Of a stretch of 64,000 nucleotides of DNA, positions 42,441-54,769 are shown one piece after another. How positions within the stretch are numbered: position 1 is the first letter of the stretch; every line of letters begins with the position of its first letter. Source of the DNA: Macrostomum lignano. Taxonomy: Eukaryota. The translations under genes and the position numbers were made by a program. The DNA is taken from assembly GCA_002269645.1 (NCBI GenBank), contig NIVC01001673.1, positions 1-64,000 of the forward strand, written 5' to 3'. The notes beneath the pieces are model-generated. The model had not been told where the DNA came from and searched no databases. It saw nothing but the letters and a program-made list of their open reading frames with translations.

Positions 42441-45400
42441 TCAGTCGTCCGCCTCGCCAAAGTGGCTGTGCACGTGCTCCTCGTAGTCGGTCTGGCTAGC
42501 GAAGTCGGTCACATCGCAGACCGGACACACTCTGGCAAGCTCGGCAACCGGGGCAGCGGCGGTCAGGGCAGTCAGCGGCACCTCCACTGGCGGAGGCCGG
42601 TGGATGACCGTCCCGGTGCCGTCCTCCTCGGTTTCGTCGTCGCCACCGATCGCGTCGTGGAACTCCTCGGCTGGCTCGGCCTGCTGCTGCCGCTGCAGCT
42701 GGTGCAGCTGCTGCTGAGCCTCTTTGTACTTCTTCATCAGCCGCTTGTACTCCTTGCAGCCCTGCGGTGCGCGGGGGCGGCTGTGCTTTAATCTGGGGAT
42801 CTGGGGTGGTGGCTTAGCAACTGGGGATCTGGGAGGCTGGCTGGCTTAGCAACTGAGGATTTAGGAGGCTGGTGGCCCAGCAACTGAGGATCTGGGAGGC
42901 TGGCCCAGAAACTGATGATCTGGGAAGCTGGCTGGCTTAGCAACTGAGGATCTGGGAGGCTGGCCCAGCAACTGAGGATCTGGGAGGGTGGTGGCCCAGC
43001 AACTGAGGATCTGGGAGGCTGGCTGGCCCAGCAACTGAGGATCTGGGAGGGTGGTGGCCCAGCAACTGAGAATCTGGGAGGCTGGCCCAGCAACTGAGGA
43101 TCTGGGAGGCTGGCTGGCCCAGCAACTGAGGATCTGGGAGGGTGGTGGCCCAGCAACTGAGAATCTGGGAGGCTGGCCCAGCAACTGAGGATCTGGGAGG
43201 CTGGCTGGCCCAGCAACTGAGGATCTGGGAGACTGGCTGGCCCAGCAACTGAGGATCTGGGAGACTGGCCCAGCAACTGAGGATCTGGGAGGGTGGTGGC
43301 CCAGCAACTGAGGATCTGGGAGGCTGGCTGGCCCAGCAACTGAGAATCTGGGAGACTGGCCCAGCAACTGAGGATCTGGGAGACTGGCTGGCCCAGCAAC
43401 TGAGGATCTGGGAGGGCGGCGTCCACAGACTTACCTCCTGCAGTCTGTCCTTGAACTCCTGAGTGGTCTGATGCAGGCGGTCTTCTCGGGCCAGCATCTG
43501 CCTGTTGCACTCGATCACCTCGTCGTACTTGAGCTTCACGATTCGCTCCCGGTCCTCGGCGGAGTGGAACTGCTTCTTCACGCCCTCGTAGGCGGTCAGC
43601 AGGCTGCAGTAGCGGGCCTGCTGGACCTGCAGCTCCTCCGGAGAGGCCTGGCGCTGCTGGCGCAGCTGCTGCAGCTCGGCGAGCAGCTGAGCGGACTGGG
43701 CCTCGGCCACTTGCAGCTGCTGCTGCAGCTTCTGCTGCTCAGCCGCATGGCGCTGCTGCAGCTCGGCCTGCATCAGCTGGAGCTCCTGCTGCTGCTGGGC
43801 CCGCTGAGCTTCCAGCTGCGCGGCTGCAGCCGACTGTGCCGTCTCCGCAGCTGCCTGAGTCTGCGGGAACAGGGGACATTGCGATGTCAGAACCAGACCG
43901 TGAGATTTCAGAGTCGGAAAGTGAGATGTTAATCTCGGACACTGGGATATCCAGCCCGCCCGCTCACCTCAGTCAGCTGGTCGGCCACCCGCCGCTCGCG
44001 CTGCTGGGCGGCCTCCAGCTGGCCGCTGACCGCCTGCAGCTGGCCGGACAGCCGCTCCGACTCCAGCCGCGCGGCCTGCAGCTCCTCGGCCAGCCGCTGC
44101 CGCTCCGCCGCGTGCAGCTCCAGCGACTGGCGGGCCGCGTCAGCCTGATCTCCGGCCGTCTCGGCGTCCCGCGCCACCTCCTCCAGCCGGCGCAGTAGGC
44201 GCTGCTTCTCGTCCTCCGCCTCAATTAGGCGCGCCGCCTGCACCTGGCGCCACTCATCCTGGCGCCCAAGTTCGGCGCGCAGTCGGCACGATTCCGACTC
44301 GGAGTTGGCGGCGCGGGACTCCGCGGCGGACAGTCGCTCGGACAGTTCGGACAGCTCGGCCCGTAGTCGTTCGGTGGCGTCCTCGGCTGCCGAGCGCTGC
44401 GCCTCCTGCTCCAGCCGCATCGAAGCCAGCTGGCCCTCCAGCTGGGCCGTCCTGGGGGGGGGGTGGATGGGAGCGGCAATGCTGAGTTGCAGAGCTGAGT
44501 TAAAGGGCGAATTGCAGAGCTGGGTTGGGGGCGGGTTGCAGAGCTGGGTTGGGGGCGGGTTGCAGAGCTGGGTTGGGAGCGGGTTGCAGAGCTGGGTTGG
44601 GAGCGGGTTGCAGAGCTGGGTTGGGAGCGGGTTGCAGAGCTGAGTTGGGGGCGGGTTGCAGAGCTGGGTTGGGGGCGGGTTGCAGAGCTGGGTTGGGAGC
44701 GGGTTGCAGAGCTGGGTTGGGAGCGGGTTGCAGAGCTGGGTTGGGAGCGGGTTGCAGAGCTGAGTTGGGGGCGGGTTGCAGAGCTGGGTTGGGGGCGGGT
44801 TGCAGAGCTGGGTTGGGGGCGGGTTGCAGAGCTGGGTTGGGGGCGGGTTGCAGAGCTGAGTTGGGGGCGGGTTGCAGAGCTGGGTTGGGAGCGGGTTGCA
44901 GAGCTGGGTTGGGAGCGGGTTGCAGAGCTGGGTTGGGAGCGGGTTGCAGAGCTGGGTTGGGAGCGGGTTGCAGAGCTGAGTTGGGGGCGGGTTGCAGAGC
45001 TGGGTTGGGGGCGGGTTGCAGAGCTGGGTTGGGGGCGGGTTGCAGAGCTGGGTTGGGGGCGGGTTGCAGAGCTGGGTTGGGGGCGGGTTGCAGAGCTGGG
45101 TTGGGAGCGGGTTGCAGAGCTGGGTTGGGGGCGGGTTGCAGAGCTGGGTTGGGGGCGGGTTGCAGAGCTGGGTTGGGGGCGGGTTGCAGAGCTGGGTTGG
45201 GGGCGGGTTGCAGAGCCGAGTTAAAGGAAGGGAGGTTTCAATGCTGAGTTAGGGACGGGTTGCCATGGCCTTACGAGTCGCACCTGGCAGACACAACCAC
45301 GCCCTGCAGCTCCTCATCCACAACGGACACAAAATCGTCGGCGGGGGCGGCACGAAACAGGAATGGCGGGCTGGCGCCCTTGACGAGGCCGCCGGGAGCG

Positions 45401-46927
45401 GCGAAGCAGAATTGGTAGAACTCGCGGGTGTCGCGGGGCAGCTGGCCGGGGCTGAAGACGGCCGCCAGCACCCGCTCGGACTCGCGCCGGCACTCGGCCC
45501 GGCAGACACAGTCGGCCTCGGCGCTGGCCCACCCGACTTTGAAGAGGCCGACCCAGCAGCCCTCGGACAGGTCGGCCGGGTCGCTCACCTGCGGGATTCG
45601 AACAGGAGACCATTGGAAATCTGGAGCATGACCAACGCCTGACAGCCAGCACCACAATGAAGTTTTTATGAGCTTGCCACTATGACCCTCCCTGACTAAA
45701 TCTGGGTCAGTATGACCCTCCCTGACTAAATCTGGGTCAGTATGACCCTCCCTGACTAAATCTGGGTCAGTATGACCCTCCCTGACTAAATATATTTGGC
45801 AGTCACTATGACCCTCCCTGACTAAATCTATTTGGCAGTCATTATGGCCCTCCCTGACTGAATCTATTTGGCAGCCACTATGACCCTCCCTGACTAAATC
45901 TATTTGGCAGTCACTATGACCCTCGCTGACTAAATCTATTTGGCAGTCACTATGACCCTCCCTGACTAAATCTATTTGGCAGTCACTATGACCCTCGCTG
46001 ACTAAATCTATTTGGCAGTCACTATGACCCTCGCTGACTAAATCTATTTGGCAGTCACTATGACCCTCCCTGACTAAATCTATTTGGCAGTCACTATGAC
46101 CCTCCCTGACTAAATCTATTTGGCAGTCATTATGGCCCTCCCTGACTGAATCTATTTGGCAGCCACTATGACCCTCCCTGACTAAATCTATTTGGCAGTC
46201 ACTATGACCCTCGCTGACTAAATCTATTTGGCAGTCACTATGACCCTCGCTGACTAAATCTATTTGGCAGTCACTATGACCCTCGCTGACTAAATCTATT
46301 TGGCAGTCACTATGACCCTCGCTGACTAAATCTATTTGGCAGTCAGTATGACCCTCGCTGACTAAATCTATTTGGCAGCCACTATGACCCTCCCTGACTA
46401 AATCTATTTGGCAGTCACTATGACCCTCCCTGACTAAATCTATTTGGCAGTCATTATGACCCCTCCCTGACTAAATCTATTTGGCAGTCAGTATGACCCT
46501 CGCTGACTAAATCTATTTGGCAGCCACTATGACCCTCCCTGACTAAATCTATTTGGCAGTCACTATGACCCTCGCTGACTAAATCTATTTGGCAGTCAGT
46601 ATGACCCTCGCTGACTAAATCTATTTGGCAGTCAGTATGACCCTCCCTGACTAAATCTATTTGGCAGTCACTGTATGACTCCGCCCCAACTTCAAAAGCA
46701 ACCAACAGCAAGGATTTAAAATAATGTGTACACTAGATAGAAGCTGCGCAGCTCACCTGACAGCGGCACTGAATATGCGCTCCCACTGGGTAGCTGGACA
46801 GCACAGAAGTGAACACAGCGTCAGTGACAGACATGCTCATGGCGGCTTCAATATCGACCAGGCTTAGCTTTTCAATATCTTCTTCGCCACTTACTGGCGG
46901 CTGTTTCGGCTTTGGCTGGGCCTCCAT
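42441..46927 (-). CDS. TAX1BP1/CALCOCO (NDP52)-family protein: SKICH, coiled coil, C-terminal UBZ-type zinc finger (568 aa)
   Basis: Exons 46927-46757, 45588-45284, 44451-43968, 43860-43435, 42761-42441 in phase; SKICH motifs [26 protein letters not shown]...GASPPFLFR; CPVC...YEEHVHSH. Confidence 0.88.
42790..43415. repeat. Minisatellite, 27-35-bp unit GGATCTGGGAGGCTGG(CTGG)CCCAGCAACTGA
   Basis: Fills CALCOCO intron 4. Confidence 0.95.
44505..45220. repeat. Minisatellite, 24-bp unit GGGTTGCAGAGCTGGGTTGGG(G/A)GC
   Basis: Fills CALCOCO intron 2. Confidence 0.96.
45680..46675. repeat. Minisatellite, 36-bp unit CTATGACCCTC(C/G)CTGACTAAATCTATTTGGCAGTCA
   Basis: Fills CALCOCO intron 1. Confidence 0.96.
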
Positions 46928-48206
46928 TTCTTGTTTCAAAGCAATTTTTCACTGTCTTGTATGTATCAAATATACGGAACTGCTTGCTTTTGTATTGCCT
47001 TTTGCTTTTCGGTTAGATCCAGTTAATTTGTGCAAGTTAGCCGGGTTCTTCTTGAGCTGCAACAAAACGAGAGGGTCAGGCAGGAAAGAAATGAAAATGC
47101 TTTGCCATTATAGCAGCTAGTGGTGTTTCTAAAAATAGAACACACGCAATTTCGTCCACGCATCTATTTTTAGCCCAGAGTGCGTGCGGCCGTGCGGTTC
47201 GACGTACATTTTCCTCCAATGTACACTGGGCAGGCTTGGGGAACGTTGGGGCGACGTTTTCTATCTATCCCCGTCTAAAGGAATGAGCCCACTGGCGTCG
47301 CCCACGGCCACGGGCCACGCACTGGACTGAGTGAGCCATTTTGCCCTTGCACTGTCTGTCAGCACTGTAGGTCGTTCGGATATGTAATTCTTGGCCCGTT
47401 TTTTACAGGTAAAGAATTTGAGACAACTAATTTGGAGTGAGCATAGCATACGAGCTAATAAACATTTAATTGATGTATGCAAAGACTGTCCAACAATTAC
47501 AAAAGACACGAAAAACTAACTGCGGAAAAAACCAAAAAACACGAAACACGTTTAATGCTTTTAACGGTCGAATCGTGAATAAAAAGATGATTACTCTACA
47601 TATCGGCAAGACGATCCGGTCCCAAGTTACTCCCCTCAAGACTAAGTGACATAAAAACTATGTACATTAAAATAAATATCCAAAAAAAGCAAAAAAGAAA
47701 GACGAGAAAAAACTCCGTGAAGTTTTAGTCAAGGCTGGTATATTTATCCACAATGAGCGAATTTCTATATAATTTACAGAATGAAGGAATTAAAGGAATT
47801 ACTGTGGCGCGCATTAAGAAAGCCATAAATGTATTCGTTCTTGATTGCAAGCTGATTAATAATGTATTAAGGTGCACAATCTGAAAAATCTTCTCGTTCT
47901 CACAATTCACTACTCGAGTAGCATAGAGAGCATGGCATTTAAATTATGAAAAATCAACTAATATTGAGCAGATTTCTAATATAACCTCTAACATATTATG
48001 CTATACATGACGCATCAGATTACGCTATTGCTCTTGTATTTAGCATAGACAGCAAGAAGCAGAAAGACTTCGGACACACCTGAGCTTTATCCATACCCAA
48101 TAATCTTATACGCCAGAACAATGTCAAGAGCTGGAATATGAAGGAACGATACAGCTAATCCAGACACCGCACCCCCCCCCTGCAAGACTCAGAGACGCTT
48201 TTAGAC

Positions 48207-49125
48207 ACCTGTGCTATGCTCAGATGCTGTTAGATTCTTGTTGCTATGCTCAGATGCTGTTAGATTCTTGTTGCTATGCTCAGATGCTGTTAGATTCTTG
48301 TTGCTATGCTCAGATGCTGTTAGATTCCCGTTGCTATGCTCAGATGCTGTTAGATTCCCGTTGCTATGCTCAGATGCTGTTAGATTCCCGTTGCTATGCT
48401 CAGTATGTCCAGATGCGGTTAGATTCTTGTTGCTATGCTCAGTATGCTCAGATGCTGTTAGATTCCCGTTGCTATGCTCAGATGCTGTTAGATTCCCGTT
48501 GCTATGCTCAGTATGTCCAGATGCGGTTAGATTATTGTTGCTATGCTCAGTATGCTCAGATGCTGTTAGATTCCCGTTGCTATGCTCAGATGCTGTTAGA
48601 TTCCTGTTGCTATGCTCAGATGCTGTTAGATTCCCGTTGCTATGCTCAGTATGTCCAGATGCGGTTAGATTCTTGTTGCTATGCTCAGATGCGGTTAGAT
48701 TCTTGTTGCTATGCTCAGATGCTGTTAGATTCTTGTTGCTATGCTCAGATGCTGTTAGATTCTTGTTGCTATGCTCAGATGCTGTTAGATTCTTGTTGCT
48801 ATGCTCAGATGCGGTTAGATTCTTGTTGCTATGCTCAGTATGCTCAGATGCTGTTAGATTCATTCTTGTTGCTATGCTCAGTATGCTCAGATGCTGTTAG
48901 ATTCCTGTTGCTATGCTCAGATGCTGTTAGATTCGTTGCTATCCTAAGTGAGGTTAGATTCCCGTTGCTATGCTCAGTATGTCCAGATGCGATTAGATTC
49001 TTGTTGCTATGCTGAGTATGCTCAGATGCTGTTAGATTCCCGTTGCTATGCTCAGTATGCTCAGATTCTATTAGACAGCCGTTGCTATGCTCAGACGCTG
49101 CTAACACCTATCGCTATGCTCAGAT
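48207..49125. repeat. Minisatellite, 30-bp unit GCTATGCTCAGATGCTGTTAGATTCTTGTT with 9/18-bp insert variants
   Basis: Abuts and overlaps the WDR24 stop codon. Confidence 0.96.
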
Positions 49126-52100
49126 GCCGAAATCCACACTGGCGCCGCACTCTGGGCACACGGAATTCTTGGAGTACCAGTCCATGAGGTGGTCAAAGTG
49201 GCCGCCGTGCTGGCAGGCGCGGGACCACAGGTAGAGACCGCGCACAGTCCGATGACAGATGACGCACAGCAGAGGGCGCTGCTTGCAGAGGCTCCTGGCG
49301 CAGGTAAATCCCTGCTTGCTGGGATAGTTGCAGGCGGCGCAGATCAGGCTGATGGAGGTGCTCTGCTGGTTCAGCAGGGCCACGTTGGGCAGGAAGCCGC
49401 AGGCGCCGATCAGAGCTGCGCTCTCCACAAACAGCTGGTGCGAGTGCAGCAGGTCGATGTAGCTCAGCATCCAGGTCTCGGCCACGGACTCGTCCAGCTT
49501 GTCCCGCAGCCGGTCCCCGAGCAGCACGCAGGCCGTGGCGACAGTTTGCACGTGGCCGCAGTTCACCAGCTCGTACATCGCGTCCGTCACCATGCCGCTG
49601 AGGTCGGCCTCCAGCTTGGCGGTCAGTGGCGGCAGATCCGACGGCAAAAACTCCTGCTGGTGCTGCGGCGGCTGCTGCTGCTGTTGCTGCTGCTGTTGCT
49701 GCAGCAGCTGCCAGCTGCCCGACCGCTGCTGCCGACGCTTGCGATGCTGCTGCGCCTGCTGCGGCTTCTGCTGCCACAGGCCCTGCAGCGGCAGCTGGCT
49801 CTGCTCCAGCGGCGCGGCGCCGGTTCCGGTCCCGTCGGCGAAGAACTCCTCGTCCGCGGTGGCGGGCTCGCCGTCGCTGAACAGGTAGTCGTTCGGCTCC
49901 TTGGAGCTCGCGTCGCCAAAGCCGCCAGCCGAAGCGGCGTCCAACTCGCCGACATCCGTGTCGCCGCCAACGCCGGCCCCGGCGCCGCCTCCGTCGAAGT
50001 CGTCGTCAAGGGTGGCGCTGTCCGATTGCAGGCCGGCGTCGATAAAGGCGAAGCCGCCGCTGCTGCTGCCGCCGCCGCCGCCGCCAGCGCTGCCGCCGCC
50101 GCCGCCAGTGCTGCCGCCAAGGCCAAGGCGACGGTCGGCATCGACGTCGTCGAGCGACAGGAGGGCGGACACCGACTCGGAGTTCGGCATGTTGGCCGGC
50201 GCAGATGCCGACGCCGAGGTCACGGACATCGAGGCGGAGTTGATGCCGCCACCGCCAGCGAGCTCGTCAGCTCCGAGCTGATGCTCCGGCAAGTTGAGGC
50301 TGGCCGACGCCTCGGCTGCTGAGGCCGCGTTGGCAGCGGAAGCGGCGGCCAAGGCCTCCTCTTCGACGCCGAACGCGCAGAGCACCAGCTGCCAAAGGCA
50401 GGCGGCGCTGTCCAGGCCGAGGCCGGCGGCCAGCTGAAAGTTGTGCGCGCAAACTTCCGAGAGGGAGGCGCCGGACAGCCGGTAGTGCTTGGCCAGGTGA
50501 ACGAAACTGTCCGTACCGAGGGGCAGCTTCTGGCTCGGACACCTGTACTCGACCAGGTTGTATTCGCCTGGGACTCGGATTGAATTCGAGTTAGCGGTTC
50601 GTAATGGCCGGTCAGGGGCGATTCTAGGGGACTGGCCAGGGGCGATTCTAGGGGACTGGCCAGGGGCGATTCTAGGGGACTGGCCAGGGGCGATTCTAGG
50701 GGACTGGCCAGGGGCGATTCTAGGGGACTGGCCAGGGGCGATTCTAGGGGACTGGCCAGGGGCGATTCTAGGGGACTGGCCAGGGGCGATTCTAGGGGAC
50801 TGGTCAGGGGCGATTCCAGGGGACTGGCCAGGGGCGATTCTAGGGGACTGACCAGGGGCGATTCTAGGGACTGGCCAGGGGCGATTCTAGGGGACTGGCC
50901 AGGGGCGATTCTAGAGAACTGGTCAGGGGCGATTCTAGAGAACTGGTCAGGGGCGATTCTAGAGAACTGGTCAGGGGCGATTCTAGATGACTGGTCAGAG
51001 GCGATTCTAGAGAACTGGTCAGGGGCGATTCTAGAGAACTGGTCAGGGGCGATTCTAGATGACTGGTCAGAGGCGATTCTAGAGAACTGGTCAGGGGCGA
51101 TTCTAGAGAACTGGTCAGGGGCGATTCTAGATGACTGGTCAGAGGCGATTCTAGAGAACTGGTCAAGGGCGATTCTAGGGGACTGGTCAGGGGCGATTCT
51201 AAATGGCCTAGATTCACAAGACCTAGATTTCAAATCAGTAAGTTTCAGCCGGGACGGTTCAGCTTTCATCTCCCAGCTCACCAGGCGTGGAGGTCCGGTT
51301 CCACTGCACAATGGTGGCCGTGACGGCGGAAGAGGCGCTGGCGGCGCTTCCTCGGTGCCTGGCACCGGCACCCGAGACGCCGACAGCGTTGGTCAGGCTG
51401 AAGTTGCGGCCAAGCGCCGGCTGCTGCTGCTGCGGGGGCGGCGGCTGAGTCTGCAGCTGCATCAGCTGCACGGACAGCACATTGGGATCAGCTGGCAGCT
51501 TCTTGGTGCTTTGCGAGGCTGCTAGGGAGCCGCGGCAGCTGACGGCCAGGGAGCAGGGGTTCACCCAGTCTGCGGGCCGGTAGCCGTCGCTGTAGTGGTG
51601 CAGGATGATGCGGCCGTCCTTGCCCACGGACAGCAGCCAGTCGGGCCCGACCCAGTCGAAGCCGGTGACCATGTCGCCCGTGTGCTCCTCGAAGATGCGG
51701 TCGGGCAGGTAGTGGCTGGCGAGGTCCCACACGTAGATGTTCTTGTCGCAGGTCTTGGCTGTGGAGGCGATGTGCATGTCGCAGTCAGGACGCCAGCGGA
51801 CCTTCAGCACAGGCGAGATGCACTGGATGGTGTCCAGGTGCCGCACGGCGGTGAAGTGGGTGCTGCTGAAGTCCAGGATGCCGATGGTGTTCTGCCGATG
51901 GCAGCCGGTGGCCAGCCAGTTGAACTGGCTGTTCGGGTGCCAGCTGCAGGTGATGACGCTGTGCTGAGCGTGGAAGCTGCGCTCCGGCTTCTGTGTGTTG
52001 CGGATGTCCCACACCTGCAGTTGGGGGTCGGCTGGGCTATTTGGAGGCGGAGTGAGAAGGCCCAGAAGAGAGCCAATCTAGCCAGATGACAGACAGAGCT

Positions 52101-53018
52101 ACAGACAACCCAGCCAGATGACAGACAGAGCTACAGACAATCCAGCCAGATGACAGACAGAGCCACAGACAACCCAGCCAGGTGACAGACAGAGCTACAG
52201 ACAACCCAGCCAGATGACAGACAGAGCTACAGACAATCCAGCCAGGTGACAGACCGAGCTACAGACAATCCAGCCAGGTGACAGACCGAGCTACAGACAA
52301 TCCAGCCAGGTGACAGACCGAGCTACAGACAATCCAGCCAGGTGACAGACTGAGCTACAGACAACCCAGCCAGGTGACAGACAGAGCTACAGACAACCCA
52401 GCCAGGTGACCTGAACCAACCTGAATGGTGCCGGACTCCTGCCCCGTGGCGAAGAGGTTCTCGTTGACGCGGGAGAAGTCGATGCAGCGAACCGCATTGT
52501 CGCCGCCTGTGCTGAAGTTGGCGCAGGCGACGGCCTCGGTCTCCGGGCTGCGCAGGTCGTAGCAGAACACGCTGCCATCGTTGGAGCTGCTGAGCAGCAG
52601 CGGCGTGCTGGGGTGAAAAACCACGCAGTTGACGGAGCGGCTGTGGCACTGGAACATCCTGTACTTCTCCTTGTTGATGTCCAGCACGAACACCTTGTTG
52701 TTTGTGGAGCCCCAGGCCAGCTTGGACTCGTCGCTGGGGCTCCAGACGATGTCGGCGATGGCCGTGTCTAGGCCGCTGAGATTCTGCTTGGACTTGCGCT
52801 GGTAGTTGTTGGGCAGGATGTGCATGTCGGACAGGCTGTAGCCTCCCGCCGGCTCATCTCTGCACTCGTCCAGGCGGAAGATTTTGAACACGGTGCGGCC
52901 GGCCACGGCAACCAGACTCTTCGACTGCTGCAGGGCCAGGTACAGGTTGCAGGACGGCGTGGACCGGTTGAAGTGGAAGTCGTGCACCACCCGAGTGCCC
53001 CCTTCATGGCGACGGCCG
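49120..53018 (-). CDS. WDR24: GATOR2 subunit WDR24 (N-terminal WD40, C-terminal zinc/RING-like domain)
   Basis: Exons 53018(ATG 53007)-52421, 52014-51282, 50567-49120; VAVAGRTVFKIF, HSRSVNCVVFHP, VWDIRN, IASTAKTCDKNIYVWDL, LAKHYRLSG..VCAHN, CVICHRTVRGLYLWSRACQHGGHFDHLMDW..CPEC. The ATG needs one extra G in the run at 53002-52998, or there is an unseen upstream exon. Confidence 0.9.
50605..51205. repeat. Minisatellite, 24-bp unit GGCCAGGGGCGATTCTAGGGGACT
   Basis: Fills WDR24 intron 51281-50568. Confidence 0.96.
52075..52412. repeat. Minisatellite, ~32-bp unit ACAGACAGAGCTACAGACAACCCAGCCAG(A/G)TG
   Basis: Fills WDR24 intron 52420-52015. Confidence 0.95.
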
Positions 53019-53029
53019 CTGGTCCAGAT

Positions 53030-53605
53030 GTAATTGGCTGCGGGATGCAGCACAATGGCCAGGTATGATTGGCTGCGAGATGTGGCACAATGGCCGGATA
53101 TGATTGGCTGCAGGTCGTGCAGGATGTGGCACAATGGCCAGATATGATTGGTAGTGGGATGCAGCGCAATGGCCAGATGTGATTGATAGTGGGATGCAGC
53201 GCAATGGCCAGATGTGATTGGTTGTGGGATGCAGCGCAATGGCCAGATATGATTGGTTGTGGGATGCAGCGCAATGGCCAGATATGATTGATTGTGGGAT
53301 GTGACACAATGGCCAAATGCAATTGGCTGCAGGATGTGGCACAATGGCCAGATGTGATTGGTTGTGGGATGCAGCGCAATGGCCAGATATAATTGACTGT
53401 GGAATTTGGCACAATGGCCAAAAATGATTGGCTGTGGGATGCAGTGCAATGGCCAGATATGATTGACTGTGGGTTTTGGCACAATGGCCAAATGTGATTG
53501 GCTGCAGGATGTGGCGCAATGGCCAAATATGATTGGCTATGGGATGCGGCGCAATAGGCCAATGGCCAGATATAATTGACTGTGGGTTTTGGCACAATGG
53601 CCCTG
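53030..53605. repeat. Minisatellite, ~35-bp unit GATTGGTTGTGGGATGCAGCGCAATGGCCAGATAT
   Basis: Immediately upstream (minus sense) of the WDR24 acceptor at 53019. Confidence 0.93.
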
Positions 53606-54769
53606 AAATTTCTCTTTCCAAAAATCTGATTTTTAGAATGATCTTTGCCAAGAAAGGGGCAGAATCCTTTTAAGTGATATAACTATATGAAAATTAAGTA
53701 CAAACAAAGTTTCATTTATAATATCAAATTTTGGCAGTAGTAAGAATCTATATTGGCTTTGTTAGATCTAGATGCAATGATAGCATAGTACCCTAAAGGC
53801 AGTCTAAAGATTTAGGTAGAAATTCTTTGTTTAGGTTTCATAGTATTTATCAATCTATCTTAATATTGCAGCTTGCTAGAGTTGCTAACTAAGCTCAAGA
53901 AAGAAAATAACCTAATAACTTTTACACATTGGTTATATATAAGATAGTCACTAGTTATATATAATGAGTGTCCATTTAAAGGTGTTCTGACTTATGCTTG
54001 CTCTTAAACTTACTGTCTAATTTTGCTACCTATACTTACCTTATTGTATTATGCTCAGTTTTAATGATATTTGTAGGAAATGTTTTGCTAAACCATTGAT
54101 ATCATCAAGCTATTATATAAAAAAATAGTGAAAATCCTATATACTAAAAATGTGATGTCTATATATATATATATATATGTGATAGATTAGAGAAAAAATG
54201 GCTGGACCGATTTTGTTCGAACTAGCACTGTTCGATCAGAAATTTTCCCGTGACGGTACATGCATCGTGGCTAAGAAATTGCTCGATGCTAAAGGCATTA
54301 AATATTCGAAAAACATGCTTTTTTGCAAAGGTCAAGCAAACTTTTTGACTTGAAATGCATTGTAAGAATGCTAGAGAAAAAACTGACTGGTTGAATTCTG
54401 ACTCTGAAATAGATTGCATCATAACTGAATTGTAACTCTGACTTGAATTGAAAATGCAGTGTGGAAGCGTAGCACCAGACTTGATTTAAATTGCGTAACC
54501 ATAATTGTTAACTGATACTGACTGACTGAGAAACTGATTATGTCATAACTGCTTCGTGTGATTTACTCTATGCTTGGATTTTAAAGTGTTGAATTATTTA
54601 AGTGCAAAATTTCATGTTATCAAAACGATGAGAGCTAGCCTAGAGGTGAACAAACTGAACTGCCAAATGCAGCGACGATGGTTCGAATTTTCATAGAGTA
54701 TAATTTTTTTAATTAAAGCTTTTCAACGTCAGGAAAACTAAAAGACTTTTTAAAAAGAATTGCGTCATG

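Noticed and set aside
45589-45660. tRNA gene suggested by GTTCGAATCCC on the minus strand
   Set aside because: No acceptor stem, D-arm or anticodon arm; the motif is part of the CALCOCO 3' splice site.
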